A DNA stretch of 64,000 nucleotides from positions 6,076,001 through 6,140,000 of the forward strand of contig OZ038378.1 in the NCBI GenBank assembly GCA_964036045.1, written 5' to 3'. Position 1 is the stretch's first letter, and each line of letters starts with the position of its first letter. Positions 13,111-26,900 of the stretch are shown here, piece by piece. A program made the position numbers and the translations under genes. The DNA comes from Eutreptiella sp. 'Long Island Sound 2002'. Its lineage: Eukaryota; Protista; Euglenida. A model generated the notes under the pieces. It did no database searches. It was not told the origin of the DNA and worked only from the letters and a program-made list of their open reading frames with translations.

Positions 13111-14480
13111 ACACTATCACCCAATAGTTTCACTAGACGAGTCACAGCATATGAGGTACGTGTTAACATGCCAATGTACACAATACAGGGCAAGGGGCCA
13201 CCCAGGGCCATAGTCACTATCCTATTGCGGTCCCATATAACAGTAGGGAACATAACCATTAGCAGATAACCCACAACCTTGTGTACAATACCACCAACAT
13301 ATTGATACAAGCCGGGCTGAATGCGAGTGTCGTGCAGATTTTTCTCCGCAACAAAGGCAGCTTTCAAAATGAGGAACAAATCGCATGCATTGTCGAGGAA
13401 CTTGCATTGTGGATTGGCTCTCATGGATGCGACAAGCCTTGTCAACAATGCCTCACAGCTTTCCTCCACGTGGCATCGCCCAGATACGTTGTCGTACTAC
13501 CTGTCGCACTGCACCAATGTGATTAACAGCTGCAGCCTCGCAATACAACCACTATTTTATCAAAACACGGGGGTAATGGGGTCGGCATTGATGAAAAGGT
13601 TCAAAATGCAAGTGCTTGGATCAAGAAGCCTGACTGACACCAAATCCCAATTCATCTAGACCAGGCCGCTTTGTGCATATCATTCTTGTTGACAGGCACC
13701 AGCAATACAAAAGGAAATCAACACATCAAAACCCCATCGTTCAAAAGGCCGCAACAAACCCTTTCACAATACTGCACACATATTGTCCATCTCCAGGTGA
13801 CACCATTTTGCGGCTGCAACCCGCCAATGACACAGAGCAATTCCCACAAGTTATTTTTCAGACATATCCGTCCACAACCTGATCTCTGGAATCGTGGTTA
13901 AAAAATACGTTGATTATTGGTTACTGACTGCTCAAGTGCCCTGACCCCTGCCATCACACAAGTGCCATCACACAAGCCGTCCGCAGCACTGCGTTCCATG
14001 TGTTTCAGGGGCCCAATATATTTAATTTGTGGGCAAAAGAGACCCTGAGCCCCTGGACGTGGACCTTCGAAGGGAGGGTACTGTGGTATGGAAACCATAT
14101 ACTACACAGCATTTACCAGCAATTGGAGTTTAATGGCTGGCGATTTGAGGTTTGTCTGTCTAGAGTGGCTGCATTTGCCTCAATCCTTTGTAATTTGGTG
14201 TGCCCTGCCACCACCCTCCTCCAACCACCACAGTGTGAGAAAACCGTCAATGTGCCCCCATGAATTTCATGCTTCCACAAAGGACTCATGATCACAGTGG
14301 AAGACAGACACTTGCTGCAGTACAGTATTCGTGGAATTCCAAAAAATCACAGCTATAACGTGCTGCGGAAAACAAGTAGACCACGAGCCATTGGCAAACC
14401 ACCCAAAAATGACTTTGAGCTCAAGCCACGGCGCTAACTGATCACCTTCGAAACATCCGTCCCTTGGACCTACCATTAGG
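13111..14480 (+). pseudogene. Decayed coding-like sequence continuing from before 8489 (host element of the Mutator-like insertion)
   Basis: Short protein-like ORF fragments with stops; family not recognised. Confidence 0.25.
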
Positions 14481-14827
14481 CCAAGGTTGAGGCTAAGACA
14501 GGTTCTGAGGTTCGTCGAAGGATTAGATTCACATTGTTATAGGGGCCAAATCAGCGGATTAGATTTCATGGATGCCTGACTAGTGAGCACCATCAGTTTG
14601 GGTCAAGTTGAGGATTAGCGTCACACTATCGAGAACCACAGCATGAAGACACCCCCAAACACGTCGGGCCCTTGGAGCCCCTTCGAAGCCCCTAGTGCCC
14701 CTCCCACCTCCGCAGAGGGGCTCCAATCCGCCCCCTCCCCCCTCCACAAAGTGTGTTGCCTTAAATCAACATACCCAGACTCAACATCCAAAGTGCCATG
14801 CAAAAAAGGGGGCCAGCATGAAAATTG

Positions 14828-14955
14828 TCAGAGAGGTTGGCCAATCAATAAAGCATCCACCAAGGTGCCCGCCTCACAGTAGCCTTCCTGCTGAGGCAGC
14901 TGCAGCAGTGCATTGGCAGAACGGAGGGAAACTAATCGGTGGCTGGCCTGAATTC
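14828..14955 (-). CDS. gephyrin-like exon 14 (last)
   Basis: [21 protein letters not shown]...[11 protein letters not shown] then TGA; CAG acceptor. Confidence 0.92.
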
Positions 14956-17900
14956 CTGGAACAGATAAATGAATCAGCAAACACGCACTGCACTGTCACG
15001 ATGAGGCCTCTGCAACTACCCCTGTGTTTTCTCATGTGGGGGCCATACCGCGGTCCCTGGAACTTTGGGTGGATGGCGTTTTTGTGCATCGACCGCTCTG
15101 GGTGTGAAGGGGTGGATTGACGACTGACATCATTGTCCTTTGACAGTGGCACGCCTCGTCTAATTTGGGCACGACAGCAGGGTGATTGCTTGGCATCGGA
15201 GACGGTGGCATGCACCTGCCAAAACCAACCCGAAACCCCCAATCACAGCCGAGGCAACAGGTGCAGGTGACTTGTGAAGGTCACCCTGACAAGCAGTACT
15301 GACGCGACCCCCTCTGTAATGTCTGTTCCGCGCATTGAAGGACGTTTCAAGTGGTCACATTCAACGAAGGTGTGGAGGACATGACCAGCCATACATATGT
15401 GCCTGGGCCATCATGCCAAAAATGAGACCCTTGGCCAACGGTTCTGACTACAGATCGACAGGGTCATGGATGACACATGAGCACTGACCATGGCCGCCAA
15501 CAACCCTGAAAGGCCAGTTTGCCCCAGATGTGTCCAAGATTTCTGAATTGCCCAGGCGGGCCCTGAGTGCATCCACAAACGCCCTTTGGCTCATTTGAAA
15601 GTGAATTTGTCGTGCTTGCTGGTTCAGTCCATCTGCGTTGTTTGGTGGCTGCAGTGTGTTGGTGCGGTGAGGTAGGGTCAGACGGCCGAAGGCTGGGACA
15701 GAAAGAGGAACAGTGCTGGGTCCAGGCTGTGTACACCATCAAACCGGAGCATGTCCCCCTAATCCTGCGTTAAAACTGCCGCACACAAACCTGTACTGTC
15801 CGCTAGAAACCCCATCTCCACCGGGCACCATCGCACAATTGCCCGATGGTACTCTGGCCTCTCCGGATCCAACTTCAAACGTTTGCCGACTTTCGCCTTG
15901 ACTTTGGGGAGGTATAACGACGAATGCCCACCCATCTGCGTGACAACAGAAAATCCGACATGAGTTTAGTTGTTGGTCATTGTTTTGCAGACCCTGACTG
16001 TGACCTCCGCGGAAAATGGTGCCCTAGAGCCCGACTGAGACCTCGGCTTCTGTCAATCACGGTCCTCATGCTTTTTATATTCTCCTGCCTTCACAACGTC
16101 TGACAATCCCCCCCACTTCCTCCGCTACGAACAACAAGACTTTCCCAAACCTAAAATCTTGTCTTGTTGCATTACATAGGGAACGATCATTTGGTACTCT
16201 ATGTGTAAAAGGGCCCGAAAAGTTCCAGTGCAAAGCAGTGGGCATACAAAAGCTGCCATTTCATCAGCAAAGACCATCAGGTAACTGCCAACAGCTGTCC
16301 ACTGGTCATCAGTTGACCATAAAGTGTCAGGGTGTTGGTGGTCAACTGCCGACAGTTGGCCGTCAACCGCCGGCCTCGAGTGTGAGACTTTCTTTTGTTA
16401 AAAAAAAAAAGAAGAAATCCTGTCCCTTCAGGAAGCCCCTGAGCCAAACCCCACAGGACCTTGACACTGATCCCCGACACCAGCGAAAGCCTCATTAAGA
16501 AGAAAAGAAAGTAAACATCACATAACTCAGGCATCTCAGACCTGCCACTTCCGTTTAACATTTGCTGTGGAACACTCCTGCCATGACGGCATACAAACAA
16601 TCAACGACTCTCCGCATTAAATCAGAGAAAGACACTGCACTCTGGAGCCAAGAGCGCTGAAAAAAACTCTCCCTCCCACACGTTGATGCTGCAAGCCAAG
16701 GCGATCGTCAACTAGAACGCCACTTTGTGGTCGTTAGGGTGTGGGCTCAGTGGAGAGCAAAGCCATACTTTCCGCAGGGCCGGCAACACGAACAAGTAGA
16801 AGCAGACCAGGGCAGATACCGGGTTGCCTGGCAACCCAAACATCACGCGCTTTTCCCCTGAACGAGCAAAACGGAAAAATTTTTGGACTGCGGCATCGAA
16901 ACGCAGTTGAAGAGGAAGGGTAACTCCCAAAGCAAGGGTTTGGGACATCGTCGAGGTACGGATGGCTGCAAGCAGTGAAAATGGGTAAGGAGCACCTAAC
17001 ATGCAAGCAGCAGACCAGCAGGCTGCAAATAGACACCGAGCAGGCCGGCAGCATGCGTGTAGCAAGCGGGCAATGTGGCAGTGCTATGATAGGGCGGGGA
17101 TAGGGATGCGACCCGGATACGACACGATCCGACGCAATGAGACACAAATGTGACGTGGGTGCTAGTGACACTGACAGGGGACAAGACACAACTATGGCCT
17201 CATACTGCACAACTATGACGTGGATGCAGAGGATGCCACACACAGACTTCTGGTTCACATGTGCATCACCTCGTGTCACCCCCGGGTCCACGTCACCACA
17301 TCTGTCGCAGATGTGATGCGGATGTGATAAGTCTTCCCAAAGGTTTCTGACGGTCACACAGATCTCATGCCAGAGGGCTGGACAGACGGTCCCTTTTCCC
17401 CCAAAGGCCCCAAAGGACGCAACACTGGGGCGGGTCACAGGGGGGCCGGGGGGGGGGGGGCACCCCATGAATCCCCAAGACGCTCTGGTCATTTTGGGGG
17501 CCACTTGGTCACGAAAGAATTGTTTGAAAAATCTGGGCCATTTTCGAGGCCGTCACTGCGTTGGATCAGGGGCTGCGAGCTGCGGCCCCCAATTCATCTG
17601 CGACACCGATGACAGTTACGCGCTGAGAGGAACGACACGGACGCCTGCTCGGCTGCGGACGCGTAACTGCCGGTCGGTGGCTGGCTCTCGTTTTTGACCA
17701 TAGCATTTAGCGGAGAAGCTGAGCTGGCTCTATGTCTTGGCAATCAGCACTGCCCGGCAATGCCCGCTGGCCCCTTCTTCGTGTTGGACCACTCCGCCCT
17801 TGAGGTGGCCCGAGACAGACCTTTGACGTCGAACGTCGCAAACGTCGTGGGTTTGCCCGGCTTCATTGAAACACGGCCGAAGTGGGTCGTCCCCTGATTT

Positions 17901-20900
17901 TGTTCGATGAACTTCTTTATCAAGTCAAACTCTCCCTGAAATTCGGAAGCACCCAGGAACGCCCCGCGGATAGAGGCAGCACGGACGAGCTTCTGTTTAT
18001 CAAGTGGACTGGCGGCTCGTGACTGGGCATGAACAATCGAACACAGTAAATGCCACAAAGCGGATGGTTAAGTCATGGGCAGTTGTGGCGAATTCTGAGC
18101 AAATCAGCCCCCCTTCGGCCACTGCATCGCTGTCCATTGCGCCCAACCTGCATGCGTCCAGGATACCAACTTCTACACCAGCCGGGCAGCAGCATGCCGG
18201 GAGGCACCTTTAAGAACCAAAAGGGAGTGCATGCCCTGCATCGCCAAGCACATGGCATTCAACTGGAATCTAGTCTGGAGGCAAGGAACGGAAAGTACCC
18301 CACGCTCCACTGGAAGTACTAACCAGCCCGTTGTCTTGGCCTAGTCCAGGACCCTTCGGCGTGTCCTAACACGGGCAAGATTCAGACGACGGTATCACGG
18401 GGTCTTTATGTGCGGTCAAGGTGCGTGTCTGCCTGGGGGGGGGGGGGGTAAGCATTGTGTAACGCCTTCAATTGAAAGCACCAAACCGACCCGCGGTTTG
18501 GGTACAACAACTGTTGAGACTACGGTCCGAAATTAACAGTGTCAATGCATCCACGAAGCACTGAAGCAGATCTCGCGGTGGCAGAGGGTCAAGACGTGGG
18601 GCGGAACAGAAACATTGATAGACAAACGCCTAAACAAACACATTCTGATCCCCATCAATGCGCCACTTCCCTTTGAAACAGAAAGTCCGTTGGAACATTG
18701 TGGTATCGGAGAGCAGCAGTGGGACTGCACCATAGAAACGCCGCCGGACGTCAGCACTACATCTGCATTCTCAAGGCCGTGAAATAGCTTGGTCTCTATC
18801 GCGTCAGCCTTGTCTGTGGCAATCCCCAGATCTACAACCTAAGAACGACCAACCAAGAAATAGGGCTCAAGAGACCGGGGGAACAGTGCCAGGAATACGA
18901 AGACAAATGGGAACGCGAGTAGGGCTCACGGCAGGGGCGAAATCAGGAGCAGACTTTGGTTCCCCACAACCCAAGCGGAGCCCCACCGATGGGTCAGACA
19001 TATCACATTTCGCACATATTGTGCAGTGGGTGCACCTTGTACACGAGCAAAACCAGGCCATTCGGGATGAGAGGCCATGACGTATTGTCTACTGATGTTA
19101 CATGATGTCCAGCAAGAGAAATTGGGGAGAAAGAATTCAATGCAGGGCCCCAATCCAGAGCCTCACAGAAACACCGTTTTGCGTGGCGAAGCAACTGCTT
19201 TAAAAGTTAAGACACCTGAATTCATCACGTGTGAAAATGGTGCTCTGAAACAAAAGAAATTCAAGAATTTCTCATGCTCTACGCACTGTGCACATCGAAG
19301 ATGAACTGAACTTGGCAGATGTCAATAACAATTGGTCCCAGCACCAACTTTCGACCTCTGACCCACTTTTCTGCATTATTTGAGGGTGGCAAATCCACTG
19401 GCGAAGGTCCCTAAACCCCAACTGACCGAATGTCGGCGACAGAGCTCGAACTTGGATCAACAATGGCCAGCAACAGGTGCCAAATATTTTCTAAAGGGAT
19501 TTTGGGACATCTGGGAGCACAAAAATGATGCTTTCGGAACACGAAAACTCACTGTTGACCCTTCATTGGCCCAAAATGTCGCTAAAAGCCCAGAGCAAAG
19601 CCTGCTTTGAAACCTTTCAAACTTGGCAAAACAAGTCCAGTGGTCAAACACCAGGGTTTGCAAACCAAAAGACGTGGGCTCGAACCCAGGGGCCGTCAGC
19701 ATTGGCAATCGCAGCACTGGGGGACGTCCCCATGGGCATATGTACACTCGCTTTATCATGATTCATTATGATTCAAGCTGGTATGGACCTTTGGGATTTG
19801 GGTTTGGAAAGAAGAAATTTTGGAGCCTAAGGGTGCGATTTTCATGATCTTCAGGCCCCACAGCCTGCAGGTGCCAGAGTACCCATATTGTCCCCATATG
19901 ATGACCCAACCCATCCCAGGGCCCACAGATCGCTCTTGGAAAACGCGGAAATTTCGGGAGAATTCCGAAGTCCTGGAAACGGCCAAAGCCTTTAGGTAGG
20001 GGGGAGGGTTATGCCCCCACCCAGCCGCCCTCCTGACCGGCTGCTCACCATCCCTGCACCCAGCTTTCACGCCGAAACTGCCTATTTTGGAGGTTCCCCA
20101 ATTCAATGGTATCGGTGCCGGGATTCAGTTATTTTATGGTGACTGCAATTCTGATGGCCCTCCCGCTCCTCCTTTGTTTGCTGGTGCCCCGACATTTGCA
20201 CTTCGTGGATGGATGCTGCCAAAACGACTACAGTCCATTCATACCTCGTAGTGTAAATCGTGCAGTGCTGCAAGCAGCATCTGACGGTTACTGTCATAAA
20301 TGCAGCCCGGGGCCAGAGCCTTCGCGGACTCCTGAAGCTCATCGCCGGTGGATAATACGGCAACTCTGGGACGTCGGTGCACTAACACACGAGATCTGCA
20401 GGGCATAAATGCATTGGGTACGAGACAAAGGGATGGAATAGGTAAGCACAGGGATGCTTCAGAATCGAGGTGGGGTCCCTTGCTATTGCAGGCATGCCAC
20501 TGGGATAGTGGGAGCTCACTGCAACTCCTCAGGGCCACTGCAGTCACAGTGAACCACGCCTGGTCTGGGTTGCGTAGCGTTTGGGCTATGACTTTGCAGG
20601 TCTGCGTTGGGAACACCCACGTTGGGTCGTTGTAGCAATCTGCCTTCAAAACATGATGATGACGGAAGCGTGGTAACGGAAGAGGGATGATGTATAAACA
20701 ATCCGGCGGCTTGCTGCCCGATTGCGTTCACCCGCCAATTGGCGTCAGCCGTGAATCGGGACGCACATGAGGCCACAATATCTGAGCGGAGCGGGAAAAG
20801 GGCCACCCCGTCTCACCGGACTCCTTGGTGGGGTAGAGAGGGTGGGTTGGGGGGCGGGGGGTATCGGTGCTCCCCTCCTTGCCTCCGCGTTGTACACATC

Positions 20901-23900
20901 CCCCCGCCCTCTTCTCTCATCCAATTTGGGGCGAGATGCAGCTGGACTCAGCGCAAACGTGTCGAGAACTCTTTTGGCAATGCTCCGCTGAGGATAGACT
21001 GTCGTTGAGGGTCGATATGGTAGCAGTCAACAGAAAGGTGGTTACCTATGCTTTCCCTCTCGTGCCCCTGTCATATTCAACATTGACACACACCGCGTGT
21101 GCAAGTGCAAAAGATGGGGAGGGGAAGAGAGGGAGGGAATGAGACCGTACCCGGGTGCGGGCACAGCCCCAAACATATCCACGGACGAGCACAACTTCTC
21201 GACGATGCACCACTTTTAGGTCTCCTTTTCAGGCAGCATTTCTGATGGTTGAACGGGTATCCATTCGCCACAGGATGAGCCCTGGATGTGAATGGATGGC
21301 AGCCCCATGTCCAGCCACGCCCGCTACTGCGATGCCAGACCTGTTCCGGATGGCACACTGCGGCTCAACAATATGGAGCATTTTCGAGAACATGCGACAA
21401 ACCTGCCAACAGCACATACAAGTCCGACTTCAGGGGGGGCCAATGCCAAGCCCCGTCTCAACACAACGTCGCCCACCGCGATGTCACAGCCCACGGGTCT
21501 GATGTCTTGTCCTGCTGTGGCTTTGCGCAGCACACGCACCTTTACCTCGACGTCTCTGCAACACGAAGAACAGACAGAACACGGATGGCCAAGAAAATGC
21601 TGCGATTGGTTTGCGTGGTCCGCTTCACACGTTCGTGTAGTTTGTGCAAACTTGCGTTTAGTGGTTGGCACAATGGGATATCAGGTTCCCACAGTATTGA
21701 TGAACATAACCCAGAACACTCAATGTTTCGTACACTTGGTATTGAATGATATTGAATCTGGACATGTCCATATCATAGTCACTTGCCCCCCCTGTGGACG
21801 GCGCCTCCCCTGTGGCGCGATTGACCCATGCAGAATGGCATCCCAGAGCAAGGGTGCTGATATTCGGAGAGTGGCCATGCCGACACAATGGGACCCAAAC
21901 AGCGGTGCACATATTCCGAGTGCTGTCGGAAATGCACTGTACGACGCGTCCGGGCGTCGTACAAGGCGTCGGGGCCCGACGCGTCGGGAGCGTACGACGC
22001 GTCGTACTGTGTCGTACAAGGCGTCGGGGCCCGACGCGTCGGGGATGTACGACGCGTCGTACAGTGTCGTACAAGGTGTCGTACGGCACCGACACCGTAC
22101 GACACAGTAAGACACAGTACGACACAGTACGACACGGTACGACGCAGTACGACATGGTACGACACAGTACGACACAGTACGATACAGTACGACACAGTAC
22201 GACACGGTACGACACAGTACGACACGGTACGACACAGTACGACACAGTACGACACAGTACGACACAGTACGACACAGTACGACACAGTACGACACTGTAC
22301 GACATAGTACGTCACACACAGACATATACATATGTAGACATATAAACACATGTAAATGGAAAAAAAAAACAGATTGGTCAGAACGGGGCAAAATGGGTCC
22401 TCTATGCGGGTAAACGATGGCAGCGGACCGTTTTGGGGGAAGGGGGCCTTCGGCCTTCGGCCCCCTTCCCAAATATTGGCACTTCGCGTCTACAACATGC
22501 CGACAGTGTCTACAATTAGCAGGCCGCGTCTACTTGTGGTGCACAGTGTCTACAGAACCCAGACCGCCCTCCCCCTCTATGCGGGTAAACGATGGCAGCG
22601 GACCGTTTGGGGGGAAGGGGGCCTTCGGCCCCCTTCCCAAATATTGGCACTTCGCGTCTACAACATGCCGACGGTGTCTACAATTAGCAAGCCGCGTCTA
22701 CTTGTGGTGCACAGTGTCTACAGACCCCAGACCGCCCTTCCCCTGTGTGCGGGTAAACGATGGTAGCGGGCCGTTTTGGGGGGAGGGGGGCCTTCGGACC
22801 CCTTCCCAAATATTGGCACTTCGCGTCTACAACATGCCGACGGTGTCTACAATTAGCAGGCCGCGTCTACTTGTGGTGCACAGTGTCTACAAACCCCAGA
22901 CCGCCCTTCCCCTGTGTGCGGGTAAACGATGGTAGCGGGCCGTTTTGGGGGGAGGGGGGCCTTCGGACCCCTTCCCAAATATTGGCACTTCGCGTCTACA
23001 ACATGCCGACAGTGTCTACAATTAGCACGCCGCATCTACTACTATACATATATATACCAAGGCTTCCATTCGAATCATGCTCAAACTGCGAGGTTCAACA
23101 TTCCTACACTCCTACATCGCTGCAATAACCATGAGTTCGTAGTTCATGTGTGGGCCTTGCAGTAGCCCCTAGCACACTGATTCACAGCTTCCTAACCATA
23201 CTATACCTAACAATACTCCATCCCTCGTGCATATGGACATATGGGCTTCATATGGCTGGTTATGCCGGAGTCAGTGGGTCAGTGAGGCATGTGTATATAT
23301 TTATATATATCTATATCTATATATATAGATATATACATACATATATATACATATGGCATATGTTAACTAATGTATCTACCAGGGTGCAGGGTCACCAGGG
23401 GGGCTTGGGGTGGGGTGTAGGGACCCCCCCCCCTATTTTGAGGTCGGGAAACACAAAAAAACATGTTTTAGAAGTGAATTGGATGGTTATTAGTGGGTAT
23501 TAGCCCCTATAAAGGTCTAAAATGGCTAAAATTGGGGTATGACATCACTGCTAGTAGGATCCTAACCAGAGTACTAAAAATAACCACTAAATCCTAAAAA
23601 TAACCCACACCACCCCTATATACACCCAATGACATAGTAATTGAGCATTTGTAACATACCCTTGTCCATTTTCATGTCCCTCAAACTATTATTGGGGGTA
23701 TTTGGTGCTAGTATTAGGGGTCTGGACCACAATTGTACCTATGTTTAGTACTCTGGTTAGGATCCTACCAGCAGTGATGACATACCCTAATTTTAGCCAT
23801 TTTAGACCTTCGTAGGGGCTAAGACCCACTAATAACCATCCAATTCACTTCTAAAACATGTTTTTTTGTGTTTCCCGACCTCAAAATAGGGGGGGGGGTC

Positions 23901-26900
23901 CCTACACCCCACCCCAAGCCCCCCCGGTGACCCTGCACCCTGGTAGATACATTAGTTAACATATACGAACTCATGGTTATTGCAGCGATGTAGGAGTGTA
24001 GGAATGTTGAACCTCGCAGTTTGAGCATGATTCGAATGGAAGCCTTGGTATATATATGTGGCATATGTTAACTAATGTATCTACCTATGTCGTACGACAC
24101 TGTACGACACTGTACGACGCGTCGTACAGTGTCGTACAGTGTCGTACCAGCGTTGTACGACACTGCACGACGCGTCGTACTGTGTCGTACTGTGTCGTAC
24201 TGTGTCGTACTGTGTCGTACAGTGTCGTACTGTGTCGTACAGTGTCGTACTGTGTCGTACTATGTCGTACCAGCGTCGTACGACACTGTACGACGCGTCG
24301 TATAGTGTCGTACAGTGTCGTACAGTGTCGTACAGTGTCGTACAGTGTCGTACAAGCGTCGTACGACACTGTACGACGCGTCGTACAGTGTCGTACAAGG
24401 TGTCGGGGCCCGACGCGTCGGGGATGTACGACGCGTCGGGAGGTGTCGGGGCCCGACGCGTCGTAAAATCCCTACTTCGACAGTAGTGCATATTCCGGGG
24501 GCCAATCCCAATGGGAGGCACCCACACTCACTCGAGCGTTGTCTGCAGCACCAGGGGTCCGGGTACAGTGCTCTGTACCTTGGCCGCGGGGGCTCCGCGG
24601 GGACACCCAATGGGGGAAGGGAGGCACGAACCATTCTCTGCCTGGCAAGTGAAGAAGAGGAAACCCTTCCCTGTCCCTCGTCCGAAGCCCCCTCCCCCAG
24701 GCCCCTCCCCAAGCGCCTCCTGCACTGTCCCTCCTTCACCGTCATCCACCCGTCAGCCCCAGTTCCACATCCGCAGAGTGCGCCAGGGCCCTCTGATGAC
24801 ACCGATTTCGGAGGGGGATCTGGGCTGTCTTCTTCGGTGCCCTGAACACCTGAATCCCCCCGGCTAAACCGCAGCTCTCGTGGAACTCCCTTGTGCCGGC
24901 TTCCCGTCGTCAGAACCAGCAGCCGGCCCAGGATCTGTGGCTCACCCCCCGCTCCCGCAGGCCACATGCAGTCTGCCGGCACCCGTTGGTTTGCTGCAGT
25001 CCCTTGTTGGCCCCCCCCTTCGGTCGACCTGGTCGCAGAGGACCCCGCCTCCTGTGCCAGTACCCCCTTGTGCCCTGCCCCGTGCGACGCGGTGCCCGCT
25101 CACGCGTGAGTCCCACCTGCGGCGGTCTCTTCTGTTCTGTGCAGGCAAGTGTTCGCGCCTCTGGTCTGTGTGCCGACCTCCTTTTCTGGGCACCGTCCTC
25201 CATCAGATCATTGGGACCCGGTGGGGCCTGAAAGGACTTACCGCATTTCACGTGCCGGTATGGCACCCGCTGCAGAAGGAGGGCGTGCAAGTTCGGACAC
25301 CAGGGGGCAGGCGAAGGACTGCCGGTAGGGCATCGCATGCCGCTGCATGCCATATGCAAATTTGACCGGTGCCTAGGGGGATTGCGACGGATGTTCAGCA
25401 CGCCTACCGCGCATGGAAGATGGAGCTGGGCCCCGACGGTGATTGGGCTACCCTGAGCGAAATACACGTCTTGGGAGGGCATACAAACAGCCACTGGGCT
25501 GGGGTGTGTCGGGGTGTACGCCCAAGGGGGTGCACGGCAGGGGACGGATCCACTTGGGAGTTGAAACAGAAGAGAACATCCGAAAAACGGACGGGTCCGG
25601 AAAGAAAATGGCTCCATAAATCAATGAGTGGACGAAATATTGTACAGGGGGTGTCGCAGGATGTTGTTGATGTAAAAAAAAATACATACAGAACTAAACA
25701 AAACAATAGAATAAATGAATAAATTAACAAGCCGACGAATCCCGCATACCCACTCGACTTATGGGGACATTCACTGTTACGGGCCAGTCCATAAAGACTC
25801 ATCGCACAAATTGAAAGATGGCAGCGGGTTCAACGCCCGGGACAGCACTTTGTCTGCCCAGCAACAAAAGTTGTTTTGCACAGATTACACCTGAACGTTA
25901 GGTCGCACGCTTCGGAGCAAAACCGACCCCCTTCGAGCAATGTGGGGCTGGAAGCCCCACAAAACACGCATGCAGCACCGGTACCCAAATGACAGGGCAT
26001 GCCCCTTGGCCTGCCGCCCCAAGTCAAGCCATACCTTGCTTTGTCTGCCTCCAAGAGCTCAGTGTCTTCCACTTGAATGACCGCATCTGCACCCACAGGC
26101 ACTGCAGACCCCGTGGTCACTCTCACCAGCTGCCCCTGATTGGATGGCAAAGGATTGGGGTCACCCAGGGTGTGTTGTTGTTCCCATCTATGCCCTACCG
26201 GCTCGGTGTACTCCACACCATCGACACTACAGGGCCCGCGTGGGATTCATCTAAATCCACCCAAGCCGTTCTCGGAAGATCCACTGCCACTTGGCCCGAT
26301 CCACCCATGAGGGAACTCGGGGATCATGATCAGTCACCCAATGCTCCAGCCTCGCTCCTGCCGACTGTGCATGGAAATCGAAATCAGCAGGAGATGCCTG
26401 GTCTCCATTACTGCCACCCCATCATAACACACGCAACCCACTGCTCCCCGCCCCAAGTCTGGGTAAGAACACGACAGCCGAGCAACTGAATTCTGTCTGA
26501 ACAGTATCACAACATGTGTTCATCTTACCCCGAATTTGATTGAGGGAGGGGGGGAGAGGGGGCAAAGCAGCGCAGCATCATCCGGTGTGAATAGCAGTCT
26601 CGTCACATACCGGCTTCATGACGACTGAGCTGGGGTCATCACCCGCAGCAAGACTGCCAGCCACTGGCCAATCGCCCTCTCCGTCGGCACTGCACACAGC
26701 GTACCCGTCCTTGATGGATGCAGGAAAGGGTGGCAGTGGCTGCGTGGCTACAACGTCCTCGGCCACCACGTGGTGCAGGATGCCTCTCCCTATGCCTGAG
26801 ACAGCGCAGTGCACACACCAAATGCTTCCAGCGATGTGCGGCTGCGCTCGGGGCACATGCTGTTACTTACAGAAGCGAGGGCATGGAGGATTAAGTGCTT

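Larger units (their letters stand above)
21919..24488. mobile_element. Foldback-like element with 10-bp minisatellite arms, in gephyrin intron 7
   Basis: Flanking direct repeat CATATTCCG at 21910-21918 and 24489-24497; (GTACGACACA)n near 22097-22310 with its complement at 24085-24400. Confidence 0.7.

Noticed and set aside
21658-22345. ORFs with [10 protein letters not shown] / [10 protein letters not shown] repeats (also 24056-24527)
   Set aside because: Translation artefacts of the 10-bp minisatellite.
24500-25830. GC-rich ORFs in intron 7
   Set aside because: Overlapping ORFs on both strands with no recognisable motif; not needed for the gephyrin frame.
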